Positions 31,701 to 40,807 of a stretch of 64,000 nucleotides of DNA are shown here, piece by piece; the first letter of the stretch is position 1; each line of letters opens with the position of its first letter. A program made the translations under genes and the position numbers. The notes below the pieces were generated by a model. That model worked only from the letters and a program-made list of their open reading frames with translations. It searched no databases and was not told the origin of the DNA. Source of the DNA: a virus (taxonomy: Duplodnaviria > Caudoviricetes); IMG/VR virus record IMGVR_UViG_3300023108_000002; one strand, written 5' to 3'.

Positions 31701-34346
31701 TTAGATTCAAATTTAGAACAAGGAGAAGAAGTAGATGCTCAAATCCAGTCTGTAGCAAGCGCTGAGGTGCGCGAAGATGTTGCTGAAGCGGGAACTGCAT
31801 CAGAAGATATCTCTGTAGATAACGATGTGGCTGCAGCGTCTAACGCCGATACTGCTGTTGATAATAGTTTAGAAATTATACTTTCGACTGATGATAGTTT
31901 GGACGACCAACTCACATCTGGGACGGTTACGGATGAAATTTTAGATTCTTCATTAGAACTTTCTACAAATTTAGATGATACTACAGATCAAGCAATACTT
32001 CAAACACCACCAGTTGATGATACTACAGATCAAGCAATACTTCAAACACCACCAGTTGATGATACTACAGATCAAGCAATACTTCAAACACCACCAGTTG
32101 ATGAAAGCGAAGATCAAGCAATACTTCAAATACCACCAGTTGATGAAAGCGAAGATGTTCAACAACCCATTGTAGTTACAGCAGAAACAGATATTAATGA
32201 AGATGCAGATTCATTCATAGGTGCAGATATAGCAATAGATGATACAGATTCTTTAGTTACTGCAAAAGAAGAATCCGTAGACAGTACAGAATCTATAGAT
32301 GCTGGAGAAGATCCTTCAATTGATACTTCTGTTGTTTCTATTGTTTCTGACGAAACATCAGAAGATAATACAATTCCTGTTGTGACAGCTGTGGAAGATG
32401 AAGTCGAAGAACCTACAATTTCTACAAAATCTGAAAATGATAGTATTGATTCTGAAATTGTTTCTTCAGCTCAATCAGAAATTCCTAATGACGAAGCTGA
32501 TTTTATAGAGACTGGAGTTGACCCCAGTGAAGATCAGAGTTTGGAATTTACTCTTCAAACAGATTCTAATGTTGATTTTACTTCACCTCTTCCAGTTTCA
32601 GAAGATGATTTAATTCCAGACACTGAAAATATTATTTCGCAACAAGATACAAATATTGACCTTACAGATAGTGTGTCTCCTAATATTGACGAACCAACAG
32701 ATGAGACTGTTCCAGTATTAGCACAAGAAGATGTTAGAACTGATCTTACAGATAGTGTATCTCCTAATATTGATGAACCAACAGACGAGACTCTTCCAGT
32801 ATTAGCACAAGAAGATATTAGAACTGATGATAGTGATTTCGTGGAATCGCAAACCGATCTGCGGCCTGATGAGACAAGTCCAGTTACGGCTCAATTCGAT
32901 GAGACAATTGATAATGATTCAGCACCAGATTCGCAAACCGATCCACGGCCCGATGAGACAAGCCCTGTCACAACTCAATTCGATGAGACAATTGATAATG
33001 ATTCAGCACCAGATTCGCAAGTAGATGATCAGCCCGATGAGACAAGTCCTGTCACAACTCAATTCGATGAGACAATTGATAATGATTCAGCGCTAGATCC
33101 TCAAGTAGATGATCGGCCTGATGAGACAAGTCCAGTTACGGCTCAGTTTGATGAGACAATTGATAATGATTCAGCGCTAGATCCCCAAGTAGATGATCGG
33201 CCTGATGAGACAAGTCCAGTTACGGCTCAATTTGATGAAAGTTTAGATGATACTGACCCAACTATAGTTCAATCTGACCTCATAGAAGAAGATACAATAA
33301 ATCAAAATGGCGGCGAAAACCTTGAAATAGATGATACAGATATTTCTACTCTAAATGAAACTCCAGAAATTGATGATACAGATGCTGTTCCAACTGCTGA
33401 AAATTCTGTCGAAATAGAAGAAATTGTTTTAGATTCGAGTTCAGAGGTGCCGGTAGATGCGGATATTGATTTATCTGGAATCGAAGATACCGTAACAGAT
33501 CAGGACACTCCAAATCGTATAAGCGATGATGTAAGTTTGGATGACCCTCTAATATTGGAGCCATCAGTAGACGATACAACTGATGATGCTGTTGTATTTT
33601 CTAAAAATGACGATACTGTAGATGATGATGCAATAATATCAATTATTGAAACAGATCTTATTGATGATACTGAAATAAATTTAGGATTTACTGATGATAT
33701 TCTAACAGACCAAGACACTCCAACTATCGGGGTGGATGATGAATTAGGAGATGAGGATGTTGTATTTGTAACTTCGACAGACGATACGATAGATGATGCT
33801 GTTATTGTAGAAACGGTAGTAGATGATACGATAGATGATGCTGTTATTGTAGAAACGGCAGTAGACGATACAACTGATGATGCTGTTATTCTAGAAACAG
33901 CAGTAGATGATACAAATGATGAACAATTACAAGTAGGTGCAACAACTGATGATACGGCAGATCAAGAAACTCGGCCGAGACTTAGTGTTACTATAGAAAC
34001 AGATTCGCAAATAGTTCTTAGATCTGGTACAGATGAAACTGATACCGAAGCATTGGTTTCAGTAGTTCCAGATGAAGATCCAGTCCAAGCACCAAACATT
34101 CCTAAGCCTCCGGCTGAAGAACCTGTAGAAGAACCTCCTATTTCAAAGCCAGGCGAAGATACATTACCAGAATTAGCTCCACCGATTAGTGAAGGTTTGG
34201 ATGATTTTAATAGAGAAAAAGGAATAATTATAATGAGAACTGGAGAAGATAGGTTGTATGCGTTAACTCCTGTTTTTGATAGCGTAAAAAATAGAAATAT
34301 TGGTCCGTTTATTGATAGACGCGATTCAGATAGATATTTTGGATAA
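28713..34346 (+). CDS. Giant acidic 14-residue-repeat protein, probable virion appendage (ORF track starts at TTG 28698; ATG 28713 preferred)
   Basis: Uninterrupted ORF, very rich in D/E/T/S; N-terminal P.NP..PTDGQ...YVYN....W module shared with the fibre genes at 56609 and 63895; the TTG at 28698 lies in the terminator U-tract. Confidence 0.75.
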   Translation: MSVVNIFLFRDIVKVKIGIGSPSNPGTPTDGQEISEGNITYVYNASTTNWDITTKTNQVFVSGLSSAITINFSAGDIIKNGNSVGTSTTVDNGDTVRLSVTSPVLNTVNNYTFTADSTTLEFNVELNDPVTANYDVEKAETISNNDDLEKEDENVNLISGATENLFQNIAKQTQTTERDALIVKDTIEKYVQERVGSNLLEPDFADIDIITEIAKLEGINLEFIADIETITLRDFILAYLQDTELKTLEYTPTEETVEEKSQESIEEEETLQTSETEKSEVLETISTTDASLLETSDSDSLLETNLIEDSETITSLETASAEITEIISAKDAEINNVTDTIETTQTSTFEDIEEISSQETSTLEETETITTSETDKAEETEFVSFTETSTLEETESTSFTETSTLEETESTSITETSTLEETESTSITETSTLEEVEDVSFTNIEADEVLEQANLLEQIKNELQELTETKQSEILSELENIFLNNLENFSEQITVDFISQNLADILEKENLSVPEFNSFEELQQFLQNELDSTTEITSLRQLNLGEIDEIISVSLQETFTDSVVDSLLDTPINEIIDSVEFADPNILNEIETFIETNFPQASIEETTTFIEPRESSNEAETVEAQEKITGATELVSGVDDTDDSSVSSAVSTDTSVEDSSLENAANPDQTEDFIPVSGVSETTIPETETSESEDSYEFEKFSDEEINEVKEIETTSTDEINDTRELESSTPDESENLRELDFGSDSDVVETQEKITGAVELVSGSDDTEDSSQPTAVSTEGTEDSSQPTAVSTEGTEDSSQPTAVSTEGTEDFIQPPSIGSEETEEESQKTDISTSETIDSGLISVVGSDGIVEDSQKTINNSDDAVDTVQTSVIASEDEEEDSQQITVNSNDAVDTSQIIVVASEDEEEDSQQITVNSNDAVDTVQTSVIASEDEEEDSQQITVNSNDAVDTVQTSVIASEDEEEAAQITTISSNSIDISEIESIIPAEDVSDISLDSNLEQGEEVDAQIQSVASAEVREDVAEAGTASEDISVDNDVAAASNADTAVDNSLEIILSTDDSLDDQLTSGTVTDEILDSSLELSTNLDDTTDQAILQTPPVDDTTDQAILQTPPVDDTTDQAILQTPPVDESEDQAILQIPPVDESEDVQQPIVVTAETDINEDADSFIGADIAIDDTDSLVTAKEESVDSTESIDAGEDPSIDTSVVSIVSDETSEDNTIPVVTAVEDEVEEPTISTKSENDSIDSEIVSSAQSEIPNDEADFIETGVDPSEDQSLEFTLQTDSNVDFTSPLPVSEDDLIPDTENIISQQDTNIDLTDSVSPNIDEPTDETVPVLAQEDVRTDLTDSVSPNIDEPTDETLPVLAQEDIRTDDSDFVESQTDLRPDETSPVTAQFDETIDNDSAPDSQTDPRPDETSPVTTQFDETIDNDSAPDSQVDDQPDETSPVTTQFDETIDNDSALDPQVDDRPDETSPVTAQFDETIDNDSALDPQVDDRPDETSPVTAQFDESLDDTDPTIVQSDLIEEDTINQNGGENLEIDDTDISTLNETPEIDDTDAVPTAENSVEIEEIVLDSSSEVPVDADIDLSGIEDTVTDQDTPNRISDDVSLDDPLILEPSVDDTTDDAVVFSKNDDTVDDDAIISIIETDLIDDTEINLGFTDDILTDQDTPTIGVDDELGDEDVVFVTSTDDTIDDAVIVETVVDDTIDDAVIVETAVDDTTDDAVILETAVDDTNDEQLQVGATTDDTADQETRPRLSVTIETDSQIVLRSGTDETDTEALVSVVPDEDPVQAPNIPKPPAEEPVEEPPISKPGEDTLPELAPPISEGLDDFNREKGIIIMRTGEDRLYALTPVFDSVKNRNIGPFIDRRDSDRYFG
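29871..30038 (+). repeat. Coding tandem repeat, 4 x 42 nt (ETSTLEETESTS[F/I]T)
   Basis: GAAACTTCTACT(T/C)TAGA... recurs every 42 nt, in frame. Confidence 0.9.
31014..31139 (+). repeat. Coding tandem repeat, 3 x 42 nt identical (TEDSSQPTAVSTEG)
   Basis: ACTGAAGATTCATCACAACCAACTGCTGTATCTACTGAAGGC three times. Confidence 0.9.
31305..31610 (+). repeat. Coding tandem repeat, about 3.6 x 84 nt (28 aa)
   Basis: GATGCTGTAGATACA... at 31305, 31389, 31473 and 31557. Confidence 0.85.
31974..32156 (+). repeat. Coding tandem repeat, about 4.3 x 42 nt (DDTTDQAILQTPPV)
   Basis: Units start at 31974, 32016, 32058, 32100 and 32142. Confidence 0.9.
32868..33240 (+). repeat. Coding tandem repeat, about 4.4 x 84 nt (DETSPVT[A/T]QFDETIDNDSA...)
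   Basis: GATGAGACAAG units start at 32868, 32952, 33036, 33120 and 33204. Confidence 0.9.
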
Positions 34347-34352
34347 TTAATA

Positions 34353-37300
34353 ATGCCTCAGGTACAAATACGTGGCGGAACAAAAGTTCAAGCCAGAACA
34401 AGAAGGATAGATAATATAATTTTCGATTCTGTGGCCGAAGTTACGGTGCAGTATGTAAATTATTATTATGATGAGTCAAAAGAAAAAAATATTGCCCTTG
34501 AAAAGTTAAGAACCTCAATCACATTTGAAACTATCACTTCAAAGTTAGAATATAATCATTTAGAATTAGATTTTTTAGAAGGAACCACTAGTCCATATGT
34601 TCCAATTGGTACAGAAAGTATGGAAAAATTTGCAACCGTTTCTGCGCCCCCTATAGATTATGTGGCAATACATAATGAATTTTTGCCAGGAAAGTTTGTA
34701 AGTTCTAAAAATCATAGAGAAAGATTTTCTGGAGATGATTCTAGCAGATTTGTTGTGCTTGATGATAATTTTAGAAAAACTGCTACTATGCCATTACGGC
34801 ACGTACACACTTTAAATAATCCTAATGATTCTGGGCCGGGGGATGCGTTTCATTTTTCCATTTTATCTAGAAATATACTTACAGAAAATCCCAAGGTTAG
34901 AGTTAGTGTTTACAGAAGCACTTTGGAGTATGAAGATGCAATTGAAAATTTGGATGAATTTCAAAGAGGCTTGTCGTCTGTATTCGTTCAAAGCTTTGAT
35001 TATTCGATTGAGGGTGTTGGATGGAATAGATTTGTAATAAATTTAAGAACTTTAAACATACCTATTGGTAACTGCTTGTTGTGGTTTGTTATTGAAAGAT
35101 TGCCAATTATAATTGAAAATCCATTTGATATTCCTTCTGGAGAATATAATGAATCATTTAATGAAACTAATATACAAATAGAAACTATCGTTGATGATAA
35201 TTCTGAAACTAAAATTTATAGATTTTTAAGTTCTATAGATGATTGGATTGATAATGACACATTAACAACTAGGCCCTTTTCTATTCAAATAAATGGAGTC
35301 GATTTAACTTTAGATGTTGATTTTTCATATCAATTATTTAAACATAGAGAAACTATACGAAAATTAGAAATAACATTTTCTGACGATGTTCTTCCATTAA
35401 CTCAGGAAGGCGAACTTTCATCTTTCTCAGGAGTTCTTACAGTTGAGCCTAGAACAACAGGTGTTAATTCTTATGCTATTTTATCGAATTGGTATAAATT
35501 TTCACACGGCGCAATTTTTACCGATGGCAGCGCGATATATCCATCTATACCTTCTGAAATTGATTCGTGGCAAGTTAACGCGGATGACGCGATTTCATAT
35601 ACCAGAAACAGTCGGTCTTATATTGGATTTGTTTCTCCTGACCCAATCGAGTCTTATGAACTAGAAACTCAAGTTTCTTCGACAGGAAGAGATGATGATG
35701 CTATAGGTGTTGTGATTGGTTTTGCGAAAGATGAGGATTATGAATATACATTAAGTGCTGTTAGAGTTCATGGTGGTATGTTTGGTGGAGTAACTTGGAT
35801 GTTGGCTACAAACATAGCACAAACAATATCATTTAATGGTAGAACTATATCTGATAAAATTTCTAGTCATAGATGGTATCTTAGAACACCAGCCGGAGAA
35901 ATAGATTATGAAACAATCCCTAATATTGGAAGAAATTGGAGCAATACTCCAACAGGAGCAAAAATAAAAATTAGAAAAGAGGGAAATATTATAAAGGCAT
36001 GGACAAGCCAGATGAATTCTGATGTAATTGACCCTGCAAGTTTAATTGAAATTGATCTTAATGAATATGAAGATACTAAAAAATTCATTAACTCTCGATT
36101 TGGATTCTCTACTTATTCACAATCAAATTCAAAATTTACTAATATATCTTTTTCTCCTATCATTGGAGAAACGAACTTAGAAGATATAAAGGCCGGAGAA
36201 TTATTTGTTGGGGGATTTGCTACTGAGATTGCTTCCACTGAAGTCAAAAATTTAAATCCAAAGGCAAATCATGAATTTATAGATTCAATTACAGCCGAAA
36301 GATTTATCATAGATGGGCCAAAAGTTGCGAAAGAAAAATTTAACTTTATAACATTTGAACTAACTTCAGCAATAGACACTGATTCTGAAAATTTCATAGA
36401 TTTAATTAAACCAAGTCTATATGCTGGAACTATACTTGATTATACTAATATTAGTATGCTTTTAAAAACTAAAAAACTTACATTTACACACAATCCTTTT
36501 ACTGGATTTAGAATTGATTATCTCACCGAAAACATTGATTCTCAATTAGTGTCAGGCGAAAGTTTAGTTGATATATTAAATAGATATATTTCTCCTACGA
36601 ACGACTTATTTGCTGCTCAAAAATTAGTAGAAATCATCGAAGGAAAAGACGCAGCGAAAAGATATGTTGAGTTTATATCTTCTGAAATGAGTCAAAATAT
36701 TATACAAAATATTTCAGGAGAATTTACATCAACAGGAGTTTCTATAGAAAATATTTCTAGTGAATTTGCTATATCTCAAAATATAAGTAAAAAAATAATA
36801 GAAGTAGGATATGCTGGAATAAAATATGAATTCTCATACGATCCTATCGATAGAGTGCAAAATTTAGATTCTATTACTAAAGAATTAAATCTTTCAGAAT
36901 TTATTTCTATTTCTGATATCGCTTCTATTCAAAATTATGGAAGAGAATTAAATAGAGCAGTAGATATTTTAAAAGAACAAGATCTTGTTATGGATATACA
37001 ATCTGGATTGTATTATTTCGAACCCCAAGATTATTTAAATGATATTACAAAATCTATGTATTTTGGTAAACCAAAAGATAGCATTATTCCTATCAATTAT
37101 GGTTTCCAAAAATATACAGATTCTACAGAAAAATACAAAAAATATATTGAATTATCGAAAGACATTCTATTTGAGTTTGAGCCCTTTGCAGAAAACCCAA
37201 TAGATATTTTATTCAATTCTGAACTCTTTATTGAAAAACCAAAAGATATAGAATATGATACTCTTTGGATGAATGCTCCATCCGATATAGTTTTAAACAC

Positions 37301-39545
37301 AGAACTATTTTATGAAAATCTAAAAACAATAAATTTATCAAATTTGGAATTTAATGAAATTCTTAAAACGGTTGATATTTCACAAAAAGATTTTTATGAA
37401 GAATTAAAACTTGGAAATATTACACAGAAAGATTTTTATGAAATTGTAAAATCTATTTTTGAAAAAGAAAAAGTTTTCTATGAAATTCCAAGAAACATAA
37501 TTCTTGGAGACAAAACATGGAACGAAAAAATAAAAATTATAGAAATTAATTATCCAAAAACTTCTTTTTTTGAACGAGCAAAAGATATTAGATTTGACGC
37601 CAAACCATTCTATACAGAGACTTTAAGTAAAACATACATTAATAAAATATTTTTCGTAGATATGGATATGTGGAATAAAACTCTAAATTTCTCAGGATTT
37701 GAATTAGAAACTCAAGATGTATCATATTTTATTGAACAATATTTTATGCAAACGAATGCGGTTACTCCAACAATTGGGAAAACGATATTTGGCAAAAAAA
37801 TGTTGGAAGAAATATTCAGGCCGAACTTTAGAATTATAGAGAAAGTATTAGAATTTTTCTTCGATTCTTTTGTTGGTGTTTCGTCTAATTTATTCGATGT
37901 GAATAAATTTCAACCAACTTTTTATGACAAAATTACTTCTTTTCATCCCAGAAATGGGGGTTCAAACGCATATGGACATGAGGTATTAGAAAATGGTAGA
38001 AGTTTAATAGCTAGATCAAAAAAACCTGTTTTAAGTGAATATGTGGTTGAAAATAATTTTGAAGCTGCTGGACGATCAGGCAGACACGAAACAAATGTTT
38101 ATAGTGAAACTCAAGTTATAACAGACATTAATTCAAATTTTTTATTTGAATTTTCTACAGTCGATTGGAATTTAGAAACTAATAGTAAAATGAATGAGAT
38201 TTGGGCTTTTAATAATGAAAATAATAAGTTTAACTTTTTATATGATATAGAAGCTATGGAAGGTAGAATACCAGAATGTTTAACTCTTACTTCGACAGGA
38301 AGATTGACAGGAAAGCTTTCGGAAACTGATAAGTTTTTAAGAAAGTATGCTTTTGAGCCTTGGGTAAAAACTCAGGGATTTACTAATTCGAATGGAGAAT
38401 TTGTATCACATTTTGATAGTTTGGATTATGATTATACTGATTTTGAAGTAGTAGATCCTAGAGAATTTAGTGTGCGATTGGTGGGAAGAAATATTACAAC
38501 TGGTACTATTGACATTATTGCTGTAAATGATGGTGATGAGTTGGTGCCAGGTGAGGTTGTTAGACAAGGTCTTTCTAATTTTGTCGTAGGACCAAAAGTA
38601 ACAACTTTCAATAAAGATGTTAATTTAGGAAATGGAATAGTAAATAAAACAATTTTGCGTTATGAATTAGAAAGATTAGAAGGCGACATCAACATAACCA
38701 GAATTGAAAGGGTTCTTACCGATGTCTTTGTAACATCCTCTAGCATATTAATTAATAACATCGCTGAATTAAATGAACAGATTCTTTTTTCGGAAAATTT
38801 ACAAACCACTGAGGTTTTGTTACAAAGAAGGAATAAATTACAATCTTTATTGGATGCGGTTGGGCCGGATGAAGGAATTTTTGCCACCGAAACGGCATCA
38901 GAAACTGTTGAAGTAGAGACAATTGAACAAGAAGATGGAACACAGTTTTATGTAGATGATTTTCTTACAGATAATTCTGGTGCAGTTATAAAACAAGTAA
39001 CTCTCATTTTCAGAATATATAATAACTATTCATTTGATAGAGATTTATTCATTCATAAATCTCCACAGATAGATGATTCTCTATTTGCTTCTAGAACTGA
39101 GTGGTTAGAGGCAAACAGAGAAAATAATAATTTCAGATATAGTTCTTTGATAAATAATAGAGCAATAGATAGTGAAGTTATTGATGTGGTTAGAAATTAT
39201 TATAACTCAAAAATATCAGAAGTGGAATATAATGCTAGGAAAGCTGAACTAACAGAATTAAGAGAATACACAAATCCAGAACAATACAATAAATATATGA
39301 ATTTCCTAGATTCTTTATCTAGAGATGGGACTAATTATGACCTTTCAAAACTTTTAGATGTTGATTATTTTACAAAAGAGTTTCCAATACTACCTTCTAA
39401 ATTTGAATACTTGGAAAATATTGCAAATGAAAACGGAACATTTACATTGAATTGTGAATATGAAGTGGATGAAAAAACATTCTATGAAGCCACAGATGAT
39501 ATTAGAATAATAAGAGGATACCCAGTATATGCCAGCTGTAACTAG
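34353..39545 (+). CDS. Large virion-associated protein (1730 aa) with a thrombospondin-C/L-lectin-like domain, an aromatic 14-mer repeat tract and a putative Ig-like (He_PIG-type) motif
   Basis: YIGFVSP...SSTGRDDDAIGVVIGF...YTLSAVR resembles TSP-C-like lectin folds; GRIPECLTLTSTGRLTG resembles the He_PIG motif; overlaps PAAR by 17 nt. Confidence 0.6.
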   Translation: MPQVQIRGGTKVQARTRRIDNIIFDSVAEVTVQYVNYYYDESKEKNIALEKLRTSITFETITSKLEYNHLELDFLEGTTSPYVPIGTESMEKFATVSAPPIDYVAIHNEFLPGKFVSSKNHRERFSGDDSSRFVVLDDNFRKTATMPLRHVHTLNNPNDSGPGDAFHFSILSRNILTENPKVRVSVYRSTLEYEDAIENLDEFQRGLSSVFVQSFDYSIEGVGWNRFVINLRTLNIPIGNCLLWFVIERLPIIIENPFDIPSGEYNESFNETNIQIETIVDDNSETKIYRFLSSIDDWIDNDTLTTRPFSIQINGVDLTLDVDFSYQLFKHRETIRKLEITFSDDVLPLTQEGELSSFSGVLTVEPRTTGVNSYAILSNWYKFSHGAIFTDGSAIYPSIPSEIDSWQVNADDAISYTRNSRSYIGFVSPDPIESYELETQVSSTGRDDDAIGVVIGFAKDEDYEYTLSAVRVHGGMFGGVTWMLATNIAQTISFNGRTISDKISSHRWYLRTPAGEIDYETIPNIGRNWSNTPTGAKIKIRKEGNIIKAWTSQMNSDVIDPASLIEIDLNEYEDTKKFINSRFGFSTYSQSNSKFTNISFSPIIGETNLEDIKAGELFVGGFATEIASTEVKNLNPKANHEFIDSITAERFIIDGPKVAKEKFNFITFELTSAIDTDSENFIDLIKPSLYAGTILDYTNISMLLKTKKLTFTHNPFTGFRIDYLTENIDSQLVSGESLVDILNRYISPTNDLFAAQKLVEIIEGKDAAKRYVEFISSEMSQNIIQNISGEFTSTGVSIENISSEFAISQNISKKIIEVGYAGIKYEFSYDPIDRVQNLDSITKELNLSEFISISDIASIQNYGRELNRAVDILKEQDLVMDIQSGLYYFEPQDYLNDITKSMYFGKPKDSIIPINYGFQKYTDSTEKYKKYIELSKDILFEFEPFAENPIDILFNSELFIEKPKDIEYDTLWMNAPSDIVLNTELFYENLKTINLSNLEFNEILKTVDISQKDFYEELKLGNITQKDFYEIVKSIFEKEKVFYEIPRNIILGDKTWNEKIKIIEINYPKTSFFERAKDIRFDAKPFYTETLSKTYINKIFFVDMDMWNKTLNFSGFELETQDVSYFIEQYFMQTNAVTPTIGKTIFGKKMLEEIFRPNFRIIEKVLEFFFDSFVGVSSNLFDVNKFQPTFYDKITSFHPRNGGSNAYGHEVLENGRSLIARSKKPVLSEYVVENNFEAAGRSGRHETNVYSETQVITDINSNFLFEFSTVDWNLETNSKMNEIWAFNNENNKFNFLYDIEAMEGRIPECLTLTSTGRLTGKLSETDKFLRKYAFEPWVKTQGFTNSNGEFVSHFDSLDYDYTDFEVVDPREFSVRLVGRNITTGTIDIIAVNDGDELVPGEVVRQGLSNFVVGPKVTTFNKDVNLGNGIVNKTILRYELERLEGDINITRIERVLTDVFVTSSSILINNIAELNEQILFSENLQTTEVLLQRRNKLQSLLDAVGPDEGIFATETASETVEVETIEQEDGTQFYVDDFLTDNSGAVIKQVTLIFRIYNNYSFDRDLFIHKSPQIDDSLFASRTEWLEANRENNNFRYSSLINNRAIDSEVIDVVRNYYNSKISEVEYNARKAELTELREYTNPEQYNKYMNFLDSLSRDGTNYDLSKLLDVDYFTKEFPILPSKFEYLENIANENGTFTLNCEYEVDEKTFYEATDDIRIIRGYPVYASCN

Positions 39546-39837
39546 ATTCGGAGACTCCTGCACAGGACACGGTTGTTTCCCCCCAAGAAAAAATATAGCC
39601 GCAAGCGAAAATGTGTTTGTAAATAGTATTGGTGCTCATAGACAGGGAGATGGGTGGGCGGTTCATTGTTGTCCTCCGCCAACTTGTCATGGTTCTGTGC
39701 TTGCGATGGGTTCTCCTTCAGTATATGTAAATGGAAAACAATTAGGAAGAATTGGAGATCCAGTTGCGTGTGGGTCTACTGTTGCAAGTGGATCTGGAAA
39801 TGTTTTTGCCGGTGGTTCAACTATATCTGTTTTGTGA
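39529..39837 (+). CDS. gp5.4: PAAR spike-tip protein (T4 gp5.4-like)
   Basis: MPAVTR.GD..TGH..FPP...VFVN...R.GD....H...H......GS..VYVNGK...RIGD...CG......GS.NVFAGG, with the His/His/His/Cys metal-site residues present. Confidence 0.95.
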   Translation: MPAVTRFGDSCTGHGCFPPRKNIAASENVFVNSIGAHRQGDGWAVHCCPPPTCHGSVLAMGSPSVYVNGKQLGRIGDPVACGSTVASGSGNVFAGGSTISVL

Positions 39838-39848
39838 TTATTTTGAGA

Positions 39849-39856
39849 TATAAATA
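39849..39856 (+). promoter_or_regulatory. T4-type late promoter TATAAATA
   Basis: Exact motif in the gap after PAAR, followed by TAGGAG RBS and ATG at 39875. Confidence 0.85.
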
Positions 39857-39874
39857 ATAAATTAGGAGTTTTAA

Positions 39875-40807
39875 ATGGCACAGGCTTTTCCAGTAAAGGC
39901 AGTATTACAACAATCTGGTGATGTTGTACTCGCTGAATTTTTAGAATCTGATTTTGTTGGAATTCTTGACGGTGGAATCGGTGCCGGTGGCGATGCTGTA
40001 GAAAATGGATTGCCAGAGACAGCAACAACTGCTGAAATTTTAGAAGCAGTTAAAAATACAATGAGAAACAATTTTAATCTTTCTAGATTTGATGCGTTTC
40101 CAGACTATGCATCTATGAATGCTGAAAATCCAACTGTTGGTAGACTAGCACAAGATGAATCAACAAATACATTTTATTATGCCTCTGGTGAAGCATGGAT
40201 TCCTGTAGGTGCAGCATTGCAAGTTGCGGGACAAATAACCGCTGAATTGGAATTTGGGGGTGGTTTAGATGTGTCGTTTGATCCAAACACTCTTATAACA
40301 ACAGTGTCCGTTAACTTAGCACCATTACAGTCTGAAATTGATGAAATAGAACTTGGCACAGGGCTAAACATAGATGGAACGTATATAGTTCCTAATGGCA
40401 CAAATTACATAGATACATCGACCTCTATTGCAAATGCGGTTAGTTTGTTAGACGCTGCGATATTTGCGGAAAGAACTAGAGCAATAGGAGTGGAAAGCGG
40501 AATTATTGGTGATGTAACAACAATTGAAGATAACTTACAAAATTTTGAATACTCAGGACATACAGCATCTGATGTTTCAGGATCTGGTATTATTGGAATT
40601 GCATATGATGCCGGAACTGGTAAGTTTAGGCCAGAGACTAATTTTTCTGTGGGTGGATTTATAAAATTTCAAAAACAAAATGGAACTAGAGATGATCTTC
40701 CTCTCACCACCACTTTCGTTGGAGATCAATTAATAAGTGGAACTGTTGAGTTTTTCTTGCAAAATGGAACACAAGACGATATCGATTTGATTACGAATGG
40801 CGTATAA
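39875..40807 (+). CDS. Short fibre-like virion protein (310 aa)
   Basis: N-terminus homologous to that of the 44889 ORF; contains the GL..DGTY...TNY...TSI...LD unit of the 12805 fibre. Confidence 0.6.
   Translation: MAQAFPVKAVLQQSGDVVLAEFLESDFVGILDGGIGAGGDAVENGLPETATTAEILEAVKNTMRNNFNLSRFDAFPDYASMNAENPTVGRLAQDESTNTFYYASGEAWIPVGAALQVAGQITAELEFGGGLDVSFDPNTLITTVSVNLAPLQSEIDEIELGTGLNIDGTYIVPNGTNYIDTSTSIANAVSLLDAAIFAERTRAIGVESGIIGDVTTIEDNLQNFEYSGHTASDVSGSGIIGIAYDAGTGKFRPETNFSVGGFIKFQKQNGTRDDLPLTTTFVGDQLISGTVEFFLQNGTQDDIDLITNGV

Noticed and set aside
3938-39837. Bacterial eCIS/tailocin or T6SS locus (wedge genes plus PAAR)
   Set aside because: Repeated T4 late promoters, T4-type gp7/gp8, a VrlC-like gene and the fibre repertoire point to a lytic T4-like phage.
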